NCBI RefSeq assembly: GCF_006345805.1
Contig: NC_042997.1
Location: forward strand, 99,758,001-99,822,000
Direction of reading: 5' to 3'
Length of the DNA: 64,000 nt
Source of the DNA: Octopus sinensis
Taxonomy: Eukaryota
Shown: positions 13,372 to 26,732 of the stretch, one piece after another
How positions within the stretch are numbered: the first letter of the stretch is position 1
How the letters are laid out: each line of letters starts with the position of its first letter
The notes under the pieces: model-generated
The model's input: the letters and a program-made list of their open reading frames with translations, nothing else
Told to the model about the DNA's origin: nothing
Database searches by the model: none
Translations under genes and position numbers: made by a program

Positions 13372-13703
13372 GACCCCCCCCCCCATCAGTCATGAGCAAC
13401 TATGGGATTGCACCTAGAAAGTTCTCCTCTGAGACACAAGTCTGGGCAAGGTTGTTTATGGAATACCAGCAGTCGCCCATGCATACCAGCCTCAACCTCT
13501 TCATGCCACCGATGTTATCCAAGGGAAAGGCAAAGACTTATATAGCTTGACACCAGTGACGTTGCAACTCATTTCTACAGCTGAGTGAACTGGAGCAAAG
13601 TGAAATGAAGTGTCTTGCTCATAGGAACACAATACACAGACCAGTCTGGGAATTGAACTCACTACCTCATGATTGTGAGGCCAACACTCTAACCATTGAC
13701 CCC
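13372..13703 (-). mobile_element. tRNA-headed SINE (family D)
   Basis: Same consensus as 23866-24190, 35045-35285 and 37162-37485: gaccatgggattgcacctagaaag...gaccagcagtcgcccatgcataccagc...gaactggagcaa.gtgaaat..aagtgtcttgctc. Confidence 0.8.
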
Positions 13704-14014
13704 TTACAGTTTCATCAGAGTCCCAAACATGAAGTGCAATTTGTTTGGGAAAATAAATACATTACCAATGAGAAAGCAAATATGTAGGAGATGAAATCCA
13801 GGGGCACCTCCAACAATTAAAATAAGATTTATTCTAAGATGTGTATAATAATGGGTATATGCAGATGTAGAGAAAGAGTAAACAGATCTATCAGTAAGAA
13901 TATATGTATATAATATATTATTGCTCTATACCTGACTAATGCTTTGCTCAGAATCATACATATATTGAGTTCTACACCTGGCTATTAGTATTGCAATGCC
14001 TAAGCAAAATATTA

Positions 14015-14046
<32 letters not shown>

Positions 14047-14324
14047 CCATGAAACGTACGTAGTCTTTTTACTTATCATATATTGTTTATTCATTTTTTT
14101 GTACTTTTTGTGATCTAGTTATATGTTTTATAATATATTTTATTTTTTATTTATGATTTAGTTTATGTCTATCATTGTTTGAATTACATAATGGTGGTTT
14201 TTCTCTAATTTATATATATTATATATTTATATTGTGAAATTTGATTTAATACTAATTTGAATTTTTCCCTGTAAGTTTGGAGTTATACTCCCCATTATCA
14301 TTATTTATATATATATATATATAT

Positions 14325-15718
14325 CAGTGACATGCAATCGAGACATGCTAGTCATGCACTGCATGTCTGTTGATTTTTATATAACTCAAAACTCAATTTA
14401 AGAACGTAATGTATTTATAACCACATTGAAAAGTTGTCCAAATCATTGGAAACTGAGCTAAAATAATTACTTTGTTTCAAAGGAAACCTGTCCAGATTGA
14501 TACTTCACGTGTTTCCACTTTGCTTCCACTAGGCATACTTTAAGAAAAATGCATATGAAATCTTTTGTCCCTACCTTCCAATCTTTCAATAACTATTATT
14601 TCAATACCTGTAAGATTCCTTTTTTATCTTGATAAAATAACTAGAAAAAGCAAGCTTTCAGAAAAATACATGTTTTGGCTTCTCCTCCCTTTCTATCAGT
14701 ACTTCTTTGTCAACAATTCTTTGTAATTGATGTCCCTAATGCAACAGGCTAAGTGGTTGAATGGGTTTGACTTTTTGACCCATAAAAATTCTAACCAAAA
14801 CATATCAACAATCCCATAATTCTTAATTAGTCGGCTCAAATGTTGCTGTGACTTTGGAATATCTATTTCGCTCTGTCATAAGTTTTGAAATTATTATCAC
14901 TAACCATCCTTTCTGTATTGAGCAAAAAATTCTGAAATCAGAAATATAATATAGCTAATTAATCTTTCGCTGATTTACTAAAATTATCTTTCGGTTTCGT
15001 TTAAACTGATTTACAATTCATGTAAATGAGGTATACTGTGACCAAGTGAAATTAAAGTGTTCATTGTTTTTTTGTTTTGTTTAACAACTGAAAGTGTTTT
15101 TTTCTACAAAATGAAACTTGAAAGTTAGAAAAAATATAAGTGCAGAAATAAGTCCAACAAACTCTTTTTTACATCTTTGTAACAGTATACTTCATTTTAC
15201 TGCAGGAAATTTCTCTGAAAGAAATCTTTGCAGTAAGGTGATTGAACTGATTACATATTTCTTTCATTATTTAATTGCAGTTTTTTTGCCCAACAAATTC
15301 ATGTGAGATTTGGCTGTTATTTCTAGCATGTGGATAGCCTGCTTGAAGGCCATAAAATCAGGAGGGGAGGGCTTGGAGTGTTTTTTTGTTTAGTTTTTTG
15401 GAAAATTGAAATTTTACAAACAATTTTTTTTTTCAGAATCATATTCTCCGTATTTTTCTACATATTTTCCCAAAAAAATTTCCCAAAAAGTGAAAAATGA
15501 AGAAATGGGTGGAGGAGGAGGAGGTGGGGTTCATTGAAATTTAGAAGTTACAATTTTCGCCAATTTTTTTTTTTTCAGAATCGGAATTTCCATAGCCAAA
15601 AAAATGGGTTTCTGTAACAAAAAATTTTTAAAACGGGGGGTGAGTTGAGGTTATGTCTCCGTCATGTGCGCCAAGTATTTATTGCATGACCAACCTCTGA
15701 ACTCACTGCACGCCACTA
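14325..15718. mobile_element. Putative non-autonomous hAT-like element (~1.4 kb) containing the right arm (14540-15018) of the inverted repeat
   Basis: Ends cagtgacatgcaat and tagtggcgtgcagt (reverse complement) match 10/14, all differences transitions. Flanks atatatat and atatacat resemble an 8-bp TSD, though the left flank is within a (TA)n tract. No transposase ORF. Confidence 0.45.
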
Positions 15719-15933
15719 ATATACATAGTCAATATACACTCCGGATGATATTACCAACCAGTGAAGCGAACACAGAATTACCCATTGGAGGAATTTATAA
15801 CATAAATGACAATTCCTAGTAGTCATAGACATTAAATAATAATTGATGTGATTAGCCATAACCTGGAATATAACTGAGAACTACCATGGTATCCACCCAG
15901 GTAATATAACCCTCTAAACCTACACACACACAA

Positions 15934-15966
<33 letters not shown>

Positions 15967-16001
15967 ATAATATATATATATAATATATATATATATAATA
16001 T

Positions 16002-16033
<32 letters not shown>

Positions 16034-16244
16034 AACAAGTAAACATGCAACCTCACAGTGGAGATGACAAAAGACCAAGACAACTGGCTATTTGCTATGC
16101 TTGAGAAGACCTGTCCAGCTAAGTAAAATCGAGGCCATAAAGGCATGTCCTTTGTATCCCTGCTCTCTCCCTTGCAGATCTACATGCACACAGTATGACC
16201 CTGTCAAATTTTTTCCTGACAGCATATCCTCTTAATGTCTCCTC

Positions 16245-16885
16245 CTTCAATTGGCTTGACATGTCTTCTCAAGCATAGCGTATCACCAAATGTCTCAGTG
16301 ACTTGTTATCGCCTCCATGCGGTCCAACATTCAAGGATCATGCTTCACCACCTTGACCCATGTCTTCCTGGGTCTACCTCTTCTACAGCTTCTACCCACA
16401 GTTAGAGATCAGCACTTCTTTACCCAGCTGTCCTCATTCACATACATCACATGACCATGCCAGTGCAGTCATCTCTCTTGCACACCACAACTGATGCCTC
16501 TTATGCCCAGTTTTTCTCTCAAGACATTTACACTCAGTTGCACATGCACATTGACATTGCACATCCAGCAAAGCATACTAGCTTCATTTCTTTCAAGCCT
16601 TCACATGTCCTCTGTGGTCACAGCCCACATTTCAGTGCCGTGGAGTATAGCTGTTCACACACAGGTATCATATAGTCTGTCTTTCATTTTGAGGGAGAGG
16701 CTCTTTGTTACCAACAGAGGTAACAGCTCTCTGAACTTTGTCCAGCCGATTCTTATTCTAGCAGCTATACTCACAGAACATCCACCTCCACTGCTGACTT
16801 GGTCACCAAGAAAACAGATGCTATCAACTACTTCTAGGTTGTACATTTCTTGTGTATATTGTACCTGTACATCTGCCATACATAA
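16245..16885 (-). mobile_element. RTE-clade LINE 3' fragment (RT C-terminal region)
   Basis: LEVVDSICFLGDQVSSGGGCSVSIAARIRIGWTKFRELLPLLVTKSLSLKMKDRLYDTCV, continuing after frameshifts to ...YAMLEKTCQAK. A second, plus-oriented RTE 3' end (FAMLEKTCPAK*) lies at ~16050-16135. Confidence 0.85.
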
Positions 16886-17019
16886 AAACTATTTACCCTG
16901 TTAACCTTCCTCTGATATTGCTGCACCACTTATGTGTCCACAGCTTGCACCAAGTACACCTTATGGAGTTTCTACCTACACCTTTCCTACAGATCAAGCA
17001 GGTTCCATATATTTATATT

Positions 17020-17078
<59 letters not shown>

Positions 17079-17262
17079 ATATATATATATATGCAGATAG
17101 ATAGAGACAGATAGATAGTCAAACAGATAGACAGGCAGGCAGACAGACAAGTATATAGAGAGATAGATCGATAGATAGATAAATAGACAGATAGACAGAT
17201 AGATAAGTGTATACATACATATATATGAATAATATATATATATATATATTATATATATATAT

Positions 17263-17296
<34 letters not shown>

Positions 17297-17348
17297 ATAT
17301 ATATATATCCATATATACATACATCTATACCCATATATATATATATAT

Positions 17349-17637
17349 GCATATGTGGGCACAGGACATCATGAAATGCGTACAACAAAAAATACGAAGT
17401 ACGAGTACATGGAATATGAACTATTTTTTTGAACAGCAAAATACACAAATGGAAAACAAGACAAACGACATGAAGAACGACCCTTTATCAGTTGTTGGCT
17501 AGGGTTGTTCTTCATGTCGTTTGTCTTGTTTTCCATTTGTGTCTTTCGCTGTTCAAAAAAACAGTTCATATCCCATGTACTCGTACTTCATATTTTTTTG
17601 TTGTACACGTTTCATGATGTCCTGAGTCCACATATGC
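17349..17637. mobile_element. Fully palindromic MITE/fold-back element (~136-bp arms, 16-nt spacer)
   Basis: gcatatgtgggcacaggacatcatgaaa...gacatgaagaacgaccct (17349-17484) mirrors agggttgttcttcatgtcg...tttcatgatgtcctgagtccacatatgc (17501-17637). Confidence 0.8.
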
Positions 17638-17736
17638 TCCTGAGTCCACATGTGCATATATATATATATATATATAATTTATATTATTGTATGATTGAAC
17701 GCCACGCATCCTCTTCCAAGTAAGTTTTATCTACAC

Positions 17737-17773
<37 letters not shown>

Positions 17774-18002
17774 GAGAAAGAGAGAGATGATTATGTTGAT
17801 GATGATTCATTTTATGTCCATTTTCCATGCTGGCACAGGTTGTGTGTATAAGTGTGTGGATGGATGAATGGATAGATAGATGAATGAGCAGATGGATGGA
17901 TGGATGGATGGATGGATAGATAAATAGATGTACATACACACACATCCATTTCATGATACAAGCATACTTACTTGTGCCTACATGTGTGTGTATGTGCGTG
18001 CA

Positions 18003-18041
<39 letters not shown>

Positions 18042-19284
18042 AAGTATATATTATATCGCCTGCACTGGAAACCCTTGCACTCTTAATGCCAATGTTTGTA
18101 TAATTTTCCAAACAAAAGGAAATATACTGGACTATCTCACTCTCTCTCTCTCTCTCTCACTGCCCAACTTCATACACAAACACATGCAAATACATACATA
18201 TACGTACATAGCCTGAAGTGAAGGTATCAGGGAGGGAGAAGAGGATATGGTACTTACTGCTTCTTTTGAAGTGTATTATAAGGTTTCTAAAGTTTAAAAT
18301 AAAAAAAGAAAAGAAAGAAACTGAAAAAGTGAGAGCCCAACTACATGAGGAACACAAGTGAATAGACCAAAGCCCTGGGGGGCAGGAAATAAGTTCCTAA
18401 GGGATGTACATACTTTTGTATTTTATAATCACAACAACAAAACTGATAGGTTTCTGGTTGTGGTAATGGCTGTGGTAATGGAGGAGAAAATACATAAAAA
18501 AAGAGAATATACTGGTAAGGGATGAGGAGGTGGTATAGAAGATAAAAAGTTTAAGGTATAATGAAAATAACCTATTATGCCTAAAACACAATGAATTTTA
18601 CTGATTATAATGATGGATGCAGAAACGGTAGTAAAAAACATAAGAAAAGCATCATCCTCTAAAAAACCATACTGGAATAGGAAGGAGTATAGCTTATATC
18701 TACTTTTCACAGTAGTGAAGCAGATAGAAAAAAAACTGACTGACCCCTAAGAGTATATATCCAGGGTTTATTTCCAGGATGTAGGGAGAAAAATATGAAA
18801 AAATAAAGCAATAAAGTAGGTGCAGACGTGGCTGTGTGATAAGAAGCTTGCTTCCCAACCATGCAGTCTTGGGTTCAGTTCTACTGCAGAAAGAAAGAAG
18901 GAAGGAAAGAAGAAAGAAAGAAAGAAAAGAATCATAGCTGGAACACCTTTGATGAAAGGTCTTAATTAGGGCTCACCTGTCCCAGGCCCTTCAAACTGCA
19001 GAAATATCTGAAATTGAAGACCCTATCTCACCTTCATTTTAGCTAAATTTAATGAATTTATTATCAAATGGATTTCCAATTTTGACACAAGGCCAGCAAT
19101 TTCGGGGAAGATGTTAAGTCAATTACATCAATTCCAGTGCTTGACTGATACTTATTTTATTGAACCTGAAAGGATGAAAGGCAAAGTCAACTTTGATAGA
19201 ATTTGAACTCAGAACATAAAGCATACTAACAATTCTGCTAGCTTACAACCAGTGCAACAATTTTTTTTTTTTTTTTTGGCCAGT

Positions 19285-19740
19285 AATTGTTATTTCTTAT
19301 TTGCTTCTATATAGAAATTAAAGGAAATGAATACTATTCCCTTCAAACTTTGCTTTTGTCCCCTGGACATCAATGTTTTAAAACTGACCAATTTTCCATT
19401 AAATTTCAGACAGATTCAGTGCTGAGCTGCTGAAGCAGAAATATCGTTATAGCAAATATTCTGCTCAATACCACAGATTTGCTTGTCAGCTACTTCACCT
19501 TAACCACCTGAGCATGTCCCTCAGTGGCTGACAATATGTGCATTTCTGATCATGAGCAGAAGTAGTGGGGGAGCATCATAACCATATGTTGAGAGGGATT
19601 CTTTGAGGTTTGAGTAAATATAACAAAAGCAAAATTTGAAGGAAATATTAGCCATTTTTCATACTTCTTAGGGGTAAGCAAATAAGAAATAATAATTGCT
19701 ACCCAAGGACAAAAGTCATGGTACATGGTGTTATCAAAAC
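19285..19740. mobile_element. Composite MITE-like repeat with internal SINE-like cargo, copy 1
   Basis: Inverted ends tgttatttcttatttgctt / aagcaaataagaaata and sub-terminal cttcaaactttgcttttgt / acaaaagcaaaatttgaag. Direct homologue at 38150-38590. Confidence 0.6.
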
Positions 19741-20517
19741 AACTAGAAACCAATAAGTAAATCACAATTCTGAAAGTTTTATCTAATTATAAAATGCCAG
19801 AAATGATTTTCTTTTCTTAAAAACATTGACAAAAAAATTAATCCTAAACCCAACATTTTGCTTACTTCAACAAATATTCAGTTTTCTGCTGCCTCTTTAA
19901 CCATCTTTCACCTCACCAGTATCTATTTTGTCAGTTCCACTTTTCCTATCTCACTGACTTTATCACAGTCTCATTCTCTTCTATCTAAAAACTCAATCTT
20001 CATCTTCTCCAGTGACCTTTTTTCCCCACTTTATCAGCAAATCAATCTATTTAGTTCCATTCACATTTTCTTTTTCTTATACAAAATTCACAAGTGGTTT
20101 TTACTTATAATCAAAAAAATTTTTTCTTTATCAAGAAAAGATAAAAACATAACTAACAGTAGTATCAGAATAAGCATCCAAGAATCAGATTATAAATAAA
20201 TCATGCAGTGTATTGGTAAGAAATTCAAAACCACTATTATTCTACCTAACTGGCTTACAAAAGTCTTATTGCTTTTCTAGTAAACTAGAAATCTTTCAGA
20301 TAAAATATGCACACACACTAAGAAGCCCCAACTGTAGCACACACACACACATACACACACATCCCTACACACATACACACACACACATCCCTACACACAC
20401 TTCAACCAACACCATCACTTTCACTGAGAAATAAGAGAAGTGTGGGTGTAGAACTTCTTTATGGCAATCAAACACCAGCTGTTGGTGGGAAAAAAGATGA
20501 GCAAGAAAGAGAAGGAA

Positions 20518-20552
<35 letters not shown>

Positions 20553-21196
20553 GGAAAGAGAGAACAAGAGTAAACTATATGGTGTGAGATAAGGCTAACT
20601 ATTGAAATGTTATCATAGATCCACCTGTTATCCTTGAGTACTTAAGAGATATACATATAATCAATGAGAGGAATGAAGACTTACAACCCATATGTCAGGC
20701 CCAAAGCTAATGAACAATGTTCACAAAGAAACTCCCTCTGCGAACATACAATGAGCAATTTGAGAAGGGCAACTATGTTGGCAGAAACATGATTTGAAGT
20801 GCTGCACTGTTTATTTTCATTCCAATTGTTCTAAGCTCAGATCCTGCCATAACGAGCTAATGAGCTACTTGGTTGCTTAATCTATTAGAAGTAGCAGCCA
20901 AAGCTCCTTTAAATCATACTTGACTTTCTTAAAAAGAAAATAATACATTGGACAGAAAAAAAGCTTAGATATACAGAAATATAGGATATCATAAGGCGGC
21001 GAGCTGGCAGGAACATTAGCATGCAAGGCCAAATACATAGTGGTATTTCGTCTGCCATTACGTTCTGATACTGTCCCCGAGGACCCCAAAATAATTAGCA
21101 CCATCTTCATCTTCTTCATTTTCCATAGCCAGGCTATTTCATATTTAAGAAAATTATTATTATATTATTATTATTATTATTATTATTATCATTATT

Positions 21197-21381
21197 AAGG
21201 TGGCAAGCTTAGCAGCTTTTCTTCTGACTCTTTTCATTCTGAGTTCAAATCCTATCACAGTCAACGTTGCTTTCCATTGTGGGGGGGTCAATAAAATAAT
21301 GTACCAGTTAAGTACTGGGAAGCAATATAATCATCTTACTCCCTCCACTCAAAATTGCTGACCTTGTGCCAAAATTAGGAA

Positions 21382-21430
<49 letters not shown>

Positions 21431-22075
21431 GGTGACAAACTGGCAGAATTGTTAGCATGCTGGGCAAAATGCTTAGTGGTATTTTGTCCATCTAAGGTGG
21501 TGAGCTGGCAGAAACGTTAGCACGCCGGGTGAAATGCTTAGCGGTATTTCATCTGTTGTTACGTTCTGAGTTCAAATTCTGCCGAGGTCGACTTTGCCTT
21601 TCATCCTTTCGGGGTCGATAAATTAAGTACCAGTTACACAATGGGGTCAATATAATCGACTTAATCCATTTGTCTGTCCTTGTTTGTCCTCTCTGTGTTT
21701 AGCCCCTTGTGGGTAGTAAAGAAATAGGTATTTTGTCCATCTTTATGTTCTGAATTCAAATTCCACTGAGGTGGACATTGCCTTTCATCTTTTCAGGATT
21801 GATAAATTAAGTACCAGTGAAACACTGGGGTTAATGTAATTGACTAGTCCCCTACCCCAAAATTTCAGGCCTTGTGGCTTTAGTAGAAGGGATTATTATT
21901 ACTATTAGCAAGGTGGTGAGCTGGCTAAATCATTAGCATGCCAGGCGAAATTCTGCCATGGTCAACTTTGCTTTTCAGGGTTGATAGATTAAGTACCAGT
22001 GAAATACTGGGGTCAATGTAATCAACTAGTCCCCTCCCCCAAATTTCAGGCCTTGTGCCTATAGTAGAAAGAATT
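21197..22075 (+). mobile_element. Head-to-tail cluster of about five family B SINEs separated by (TAT)n tails
   Basis: Repeated aaggtgg(t/c)gagctggcag heads (about 21197, 21428, 21494, 21910) plus a headless body at ~21730. Recurring core gttctgagttcaaattc...gtcgactttgcctttcatcctttcggggtcgataaattaagtaccag. Confidence 0.8.
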
Positions 22076-23865
22076 ATTATTAATACTGTTGTTGTTGTTG
22101 ATGTTGTTGTTGTTGTGGCTACTGCTGCTGCTGCTGTTGTTGTTGTTGTCGTCATCATTATTATCATCATTATATTATTATTATTATTTCATTCCCCTTA
22201 ATTTCCATTTGAATTTATTTGACTGGAAGAAAATGATGAACTGATAAAATGTCAATTCTTATTAAAATTCCTCGTTATTCATTTCAGAATCAATAGTCTT
22301 AAAGCCAAAATTCTATCAATTATCTGCTATACATCTGGGACTATCACTTTATAAAAATTAAGAGTAGTCTGATTAATAGCATACCAAATGAGAATGAGCT
22401 TGATTTAGCACTCTTTTATGCAAATACTTGACCCAAATGGAATTATTATTCTGAGTGTAAAATATTTCCAATTATATTTACAGATTTCGTCCATCATGTT
22501 TCTTGTCCTCTTTGATGCAAAAAAAAAAAAAGACAAAATTTTTCTTTTTTGTTTTTGCTTGTTTTAATGTACTCAACACTGAAAGAGAGTTCATACATAT
22601 TCAACATATTCTTCCACTTAAGCATAACAATAGCTTGAGGAAGACATTAAAGCCCAAGAGTAAAAAACACTGAGTTCTCTTTGGAGAGTCACAGATGGCC
22701 TTTTATTTATTCTAGACGAGAAACAATGAGGAGGGTGATATGCACAGGATTTGTCATGGAAACTCCTCTGCTGAATTTCCTAATTAGAAGTTACCATTAT
22801 ATATGACAGTCTGAATCAATAATGATCGTATTGGTTGTTTTATTGGAGGCTTCTCCCCTCCGCCACCTTGCTCTCTCTGCTGTCTTTTCTTACTATTCTT
22901 TGATAACATTAAGATGGCATAGCTGAGATGATAGATCAGTATACTTGGGACCTTTTTCCTTTTTCTTTTTCTATTTGGGGGGGGGGGGAAGTCAGTGAAG
23001 AAGGGACAGTACACATAAAACTTTTATAAAGCTTTTGTGACAGGCAAGAGGAAAGGAGAAAGTTATCTTCAGACTGGAAATCCAGCTGAAGGCCTTATAA
23101 CAGATAGGCTCTGTTAAAGGAATCTAAGGGCCAAGTGGTGGTGTTAAACAACAGGCAACAGATTTTGTATCCTGTATCCTCAGTTAAATCTCACCTTACT
23201 ATCTCTCCCATCACAATAAAATAATAACTGGTGCTAACAGCAGCAATATAAAAGGATCAATTCAGTCAACAGTACTCCTCTTTTTAAAAATAAAAACAAC
23301 CTTATTACTAGCAAAAAAAAAAAAAAGTATTGTCATAATGAGCAGGGTAAGATTCTGAGCATTCAAGACTGTGATTATCACTGTTGTCACCACCACCATC
23401 ATCATCAACATCCCCCTCATCTACTTATGATGTACATAAATTGATGATGATCTATGGTGAAAAAGAAATTTCACCAGCCAATTTCACATTCGTCAAGACA
23501 AGTTACATCCATTTACATATACACCACCCCATCATTATCATTCCCACTGCACCCCAGCCCACCTGATGACATACTGAATAATTTTCTTCTAAATTTTTCT
23601 TCTTTTCAAATATCAAGAACCTCTTCTTCTATCCATATCCTTTTCTCATGCAAGACTCATGTCTGATAGTTGTAAATGAGAGTACCACCGTCATACATAC
23701 AAGCAGTGTTATTCCTTTCCAATATTCTGTGTGAACCGTGTCTGGCCAAGAGGAAATATTACCTTGCTTGGAAACAGATGGTGGTTGACAACAGGAAAGG
23801 CATCTGCATGTAGAAAAGTTTGCCTCAATAAACTCCATCCGACCCATACAAGCATGGTTAAGGTT

Positions 23866-24190
23866 AAGACCCCCTTTAGTCATGAATGACCATGGGATTG
23901 CACCTAGAAAGTTACCCTCTGAGGCACAAGTCCAGGCAAGGATGTTTATGGATGACCAGCAGTTGCCCATGCATACCAGTCTCCCTTCTCCATGCCACTG
24001 ATGCTATCCAAGGCAAAGGCAAAGACCAATATAGCTTGGCACCAGTGGTGTCACAACTCATTTCTACAACTGAATGAACCAGAGCAACGTGAAATAAAGT
24101 GTCTTGCTCATGAACACAACACACAGCTCAGTCCAGGTATCAAACTCACTAGCTCATGATTATGAACCTGATGTTCTAACCACTGAGCCA
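23866..24190 (-). mobile_element. tRNA-headed SINE (family D)
   Basis: Matches the family D consensus. Explains ORFs 23886-24077 and 23912-24124. Confidence 0.8.
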
Positions 24191-25134
24191 GTACTATAAT
24201 GTGGTCATCCATGACCAAAAAAGATCCTTACAAGCATAGTCATGAGGACATTCTAACAACAATGATGATGATTTTTATTGAAATAATATCCCTATGTGTT
24301 TCAATTAATTTGGCAATCAATACTTTGGAAGATTTAGTAAAATGATTAATTTTGTCATTATAATGAGTATTTTGTGATTGGAACATAAAAGAATAAAATG
24401 TTCTTAAACATAAACGACTGGCACTCCGTCGGTTACGACGAGTGTTCCAGTTGATCCGATCAATGGAACAGCCTGCTCATGAAATTAACATGCAAGTGGT
24501 TGAGCACTCCACAGACACGTGTACCCTTAACGTAGTTCTTGAGGAAATTCAGCATGACACAGAGTGCGACAAGGCTGGCCCCTTTGACATGCAGGTACAA
24601 CAGAAACAGGAAGAAAGAGTGAGAGAAAGAGTACAGCAGGGCTCACCACCACCTCCTGCCGGAGCCTCGTGGAGCTTTAGGTGTTTTCACTCAATAAACA
24701 CTCACAATGCCCAGTCTGGGAATTGAAACCGCAATCCTAAGACCGCGAGTCTGCTGCCCTAACCACTGGGCCATTGCACCTCTTAAACATAAAATTATGA
24801 CAAGAGGTTTTAAATTTGATTATGAAGACTTTAAATTAAGCATTAGGGCTAACCTTGTGTCGCAAAACCAGAGGTGGTCTCTGGTGTGTTGATATTAAAA
24901 GCATTAATGCTAGATATAACATATCAGACTATCTCATTCATCATGTTTAAAATACATGAAACAAGTCAGTTAAACAAAGCAGCAGGAGAGAAGAAGATGG
25001 TGGTGATGGGAAGTTACTGTAAGGAAAATACACTTGAAACTGAAAAATTAGAGAATGCTTCTGAGATAAAAGTGACAGTTATTATTATTGTTGTCGTTGT
25101 TGTTGTTATTGTTGTTGTTATTGCTGCTGTTGTT

Positions 25135-25741
25135 AAAGGTGGTGAGCTGGCAGAATTGTTAATGCACCAGGCAAAATGCTTAGTGGCATTTCATCTGTCT
25201 TTACATTCTGAGTTCAAATTCTGCCAAGGTCAACTTTGCTTTCATCCTTTCAGGGTCAATAAATTAAGTACCAGTTGCGTACTGGGGTCAGTGTAATCGA
25301 CTATCCCCCTCCCCCAAATTTCACGCCTTGTGCCTTTAACAGAAAGGATTATTATTGTTGTTGTTGTTGTTGTTAAGGCAGCGAGCTAGCTGAATCGTTA
25401 GCACACCAGACCAAATGTTTAGCAGCATTTTGTTTATTTTTACATTCTGAGTTCAAATTCTGTTTGAGAATGACTTTGCCCTTTCATCCTTTCAAGGTCA
25501 AGAAAATAAATACCAGCTGAGCACTAGGGGTCAATGTAATTCACTAGTCCACCCCCACCCTGAAATATGCCTGGTTTGTCTTATATGCAGAATAATTCAA
25601 CTGGTTAAAGTCAAAGAACTGACAAGCAAATCTGTGGTATTGAGCAGAATATTTGCTGTAGCCCATCTTTTATACCAAGACAAAACAATGTACATGATAA
25701 CACTTCCAAACAGAAGCCATGAGAACCACTGCCTGGTACTG

Positions 25742-25776
<35 letters not shown>

Positions 25777-25930
25777 TGCCAAGCTGGCAGAATCATTAGC
25801 ATACCAGGCAAAATGCTTAGCAGCATATTGTCCTTTCAGGGTCGATAAGTACCAGTGAAACACTGGGGTCAATGTAATTGATCAGTCCCCTCTCCCCAAA
25901 TCTCAGGCCTTGTGCCTTTAGTAGAAAAGA
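25135..25930 (+). mobile_element. Cluster of three family B SINEs with (TTG/TAT)n spacers
   Basis: Heads at about 25135, 25375 and 25773 with the same core as the 21.2-22.1 kb array. Confidence 0.75.
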
Positions 25931-26291
25931 TTGTTGTTGTTGTTGTTGTTATTGTTATTATTATTATTATTATTATCATTATTATTATTATCATTATATT
26001 ATTATTATTATTATTACAGAAGATGAAGAAATATGAAATACATAACTCACTCAGTTTTTCCTTATTATTATGATATTTATCTGGAAAATATTAACAGACA
26101 TCCAATGTTAAAAGTATATTTTCCTTTGAAGATGAATGTCTCATTAATTTGCTAAACGTTTATCCCCCATCTGCTCAACATAACTTCACTGACTTTATTT
26201 TAGACATTTAACGACAGTCGCCATGCTCATTGCCAATGGCGTCTCACCCATTACCATAATTACAAGCATACACCTATCATTATATTTTTTT

Positions 26292-26732
26292 AATGGCTGT
26301 GTGGTTAAGAAGCTAACTTTGCAACTAAGTAGTTTGAAGGTTCAGTCCCATTGCACAGCTCCTTGGGCAACTGTATTCTGCCATAGCTGTGGGTCAACCA
26401 ATGCCTTGTGAGAGAACTTAGTAGATAGAAACTATGTGTAAACAGAGAAAGTGTGTGTGTGTGTGTGTGGGTGGGTGTGTGAGTGTGTGCATGCATGTGT
26501 GTGTGTGTGTTATGCTTGTTCCCTTTGCAGCCTGAAAACCGGTATTGGTTTGTTTACATTCTTGTAACTAAGCAGCTCAGCAAAAAAAAAACAGATAGAA
26601 TAAGTATCAGACTTAAGAAGAAAAAAAACACAAACAAGAAGTACTGGAGTTGATTTGTTTGGTTAAACCTTTTGAAGCAGTGCCCCAGCATGGTCGCAGT
26701 GAAATAATGAAAACAAATAACAGATAAAAGAT
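26292..26732 (+). mobile_element. tRNA-headed CORE-like SINE (family A) with internal (TG)n
   Basis: Head ggctgtgtggttaagaagct...ggttcagtcccattgc, ccttgggcaa motif, 3' part gtgccccagcatggtcgcagt. I recall that octopus OR1/OR2 SINEs are CORE-SINEs; family assignment not verified. Confidence 0.7.

Noticed and set aside
18258-18286. 29-nt minus-strand micro-exon candidate (tttAG|AAACC...AAGCA|GTAAGT), phase-compatible with the PGS1 exon end
   Set aside because: Would give G-NLIIHFKRS, not the conserved G-ANLS..YF.NRQDRY. Splice-like motifs arise by chance in AT-rich DNA.
24874-25296. 140-aa plus-strand ORF
   Set aside because: Runs through a (GTT)n tract into a family B SINE. Similar SINE-derived peptides recur at many copies.
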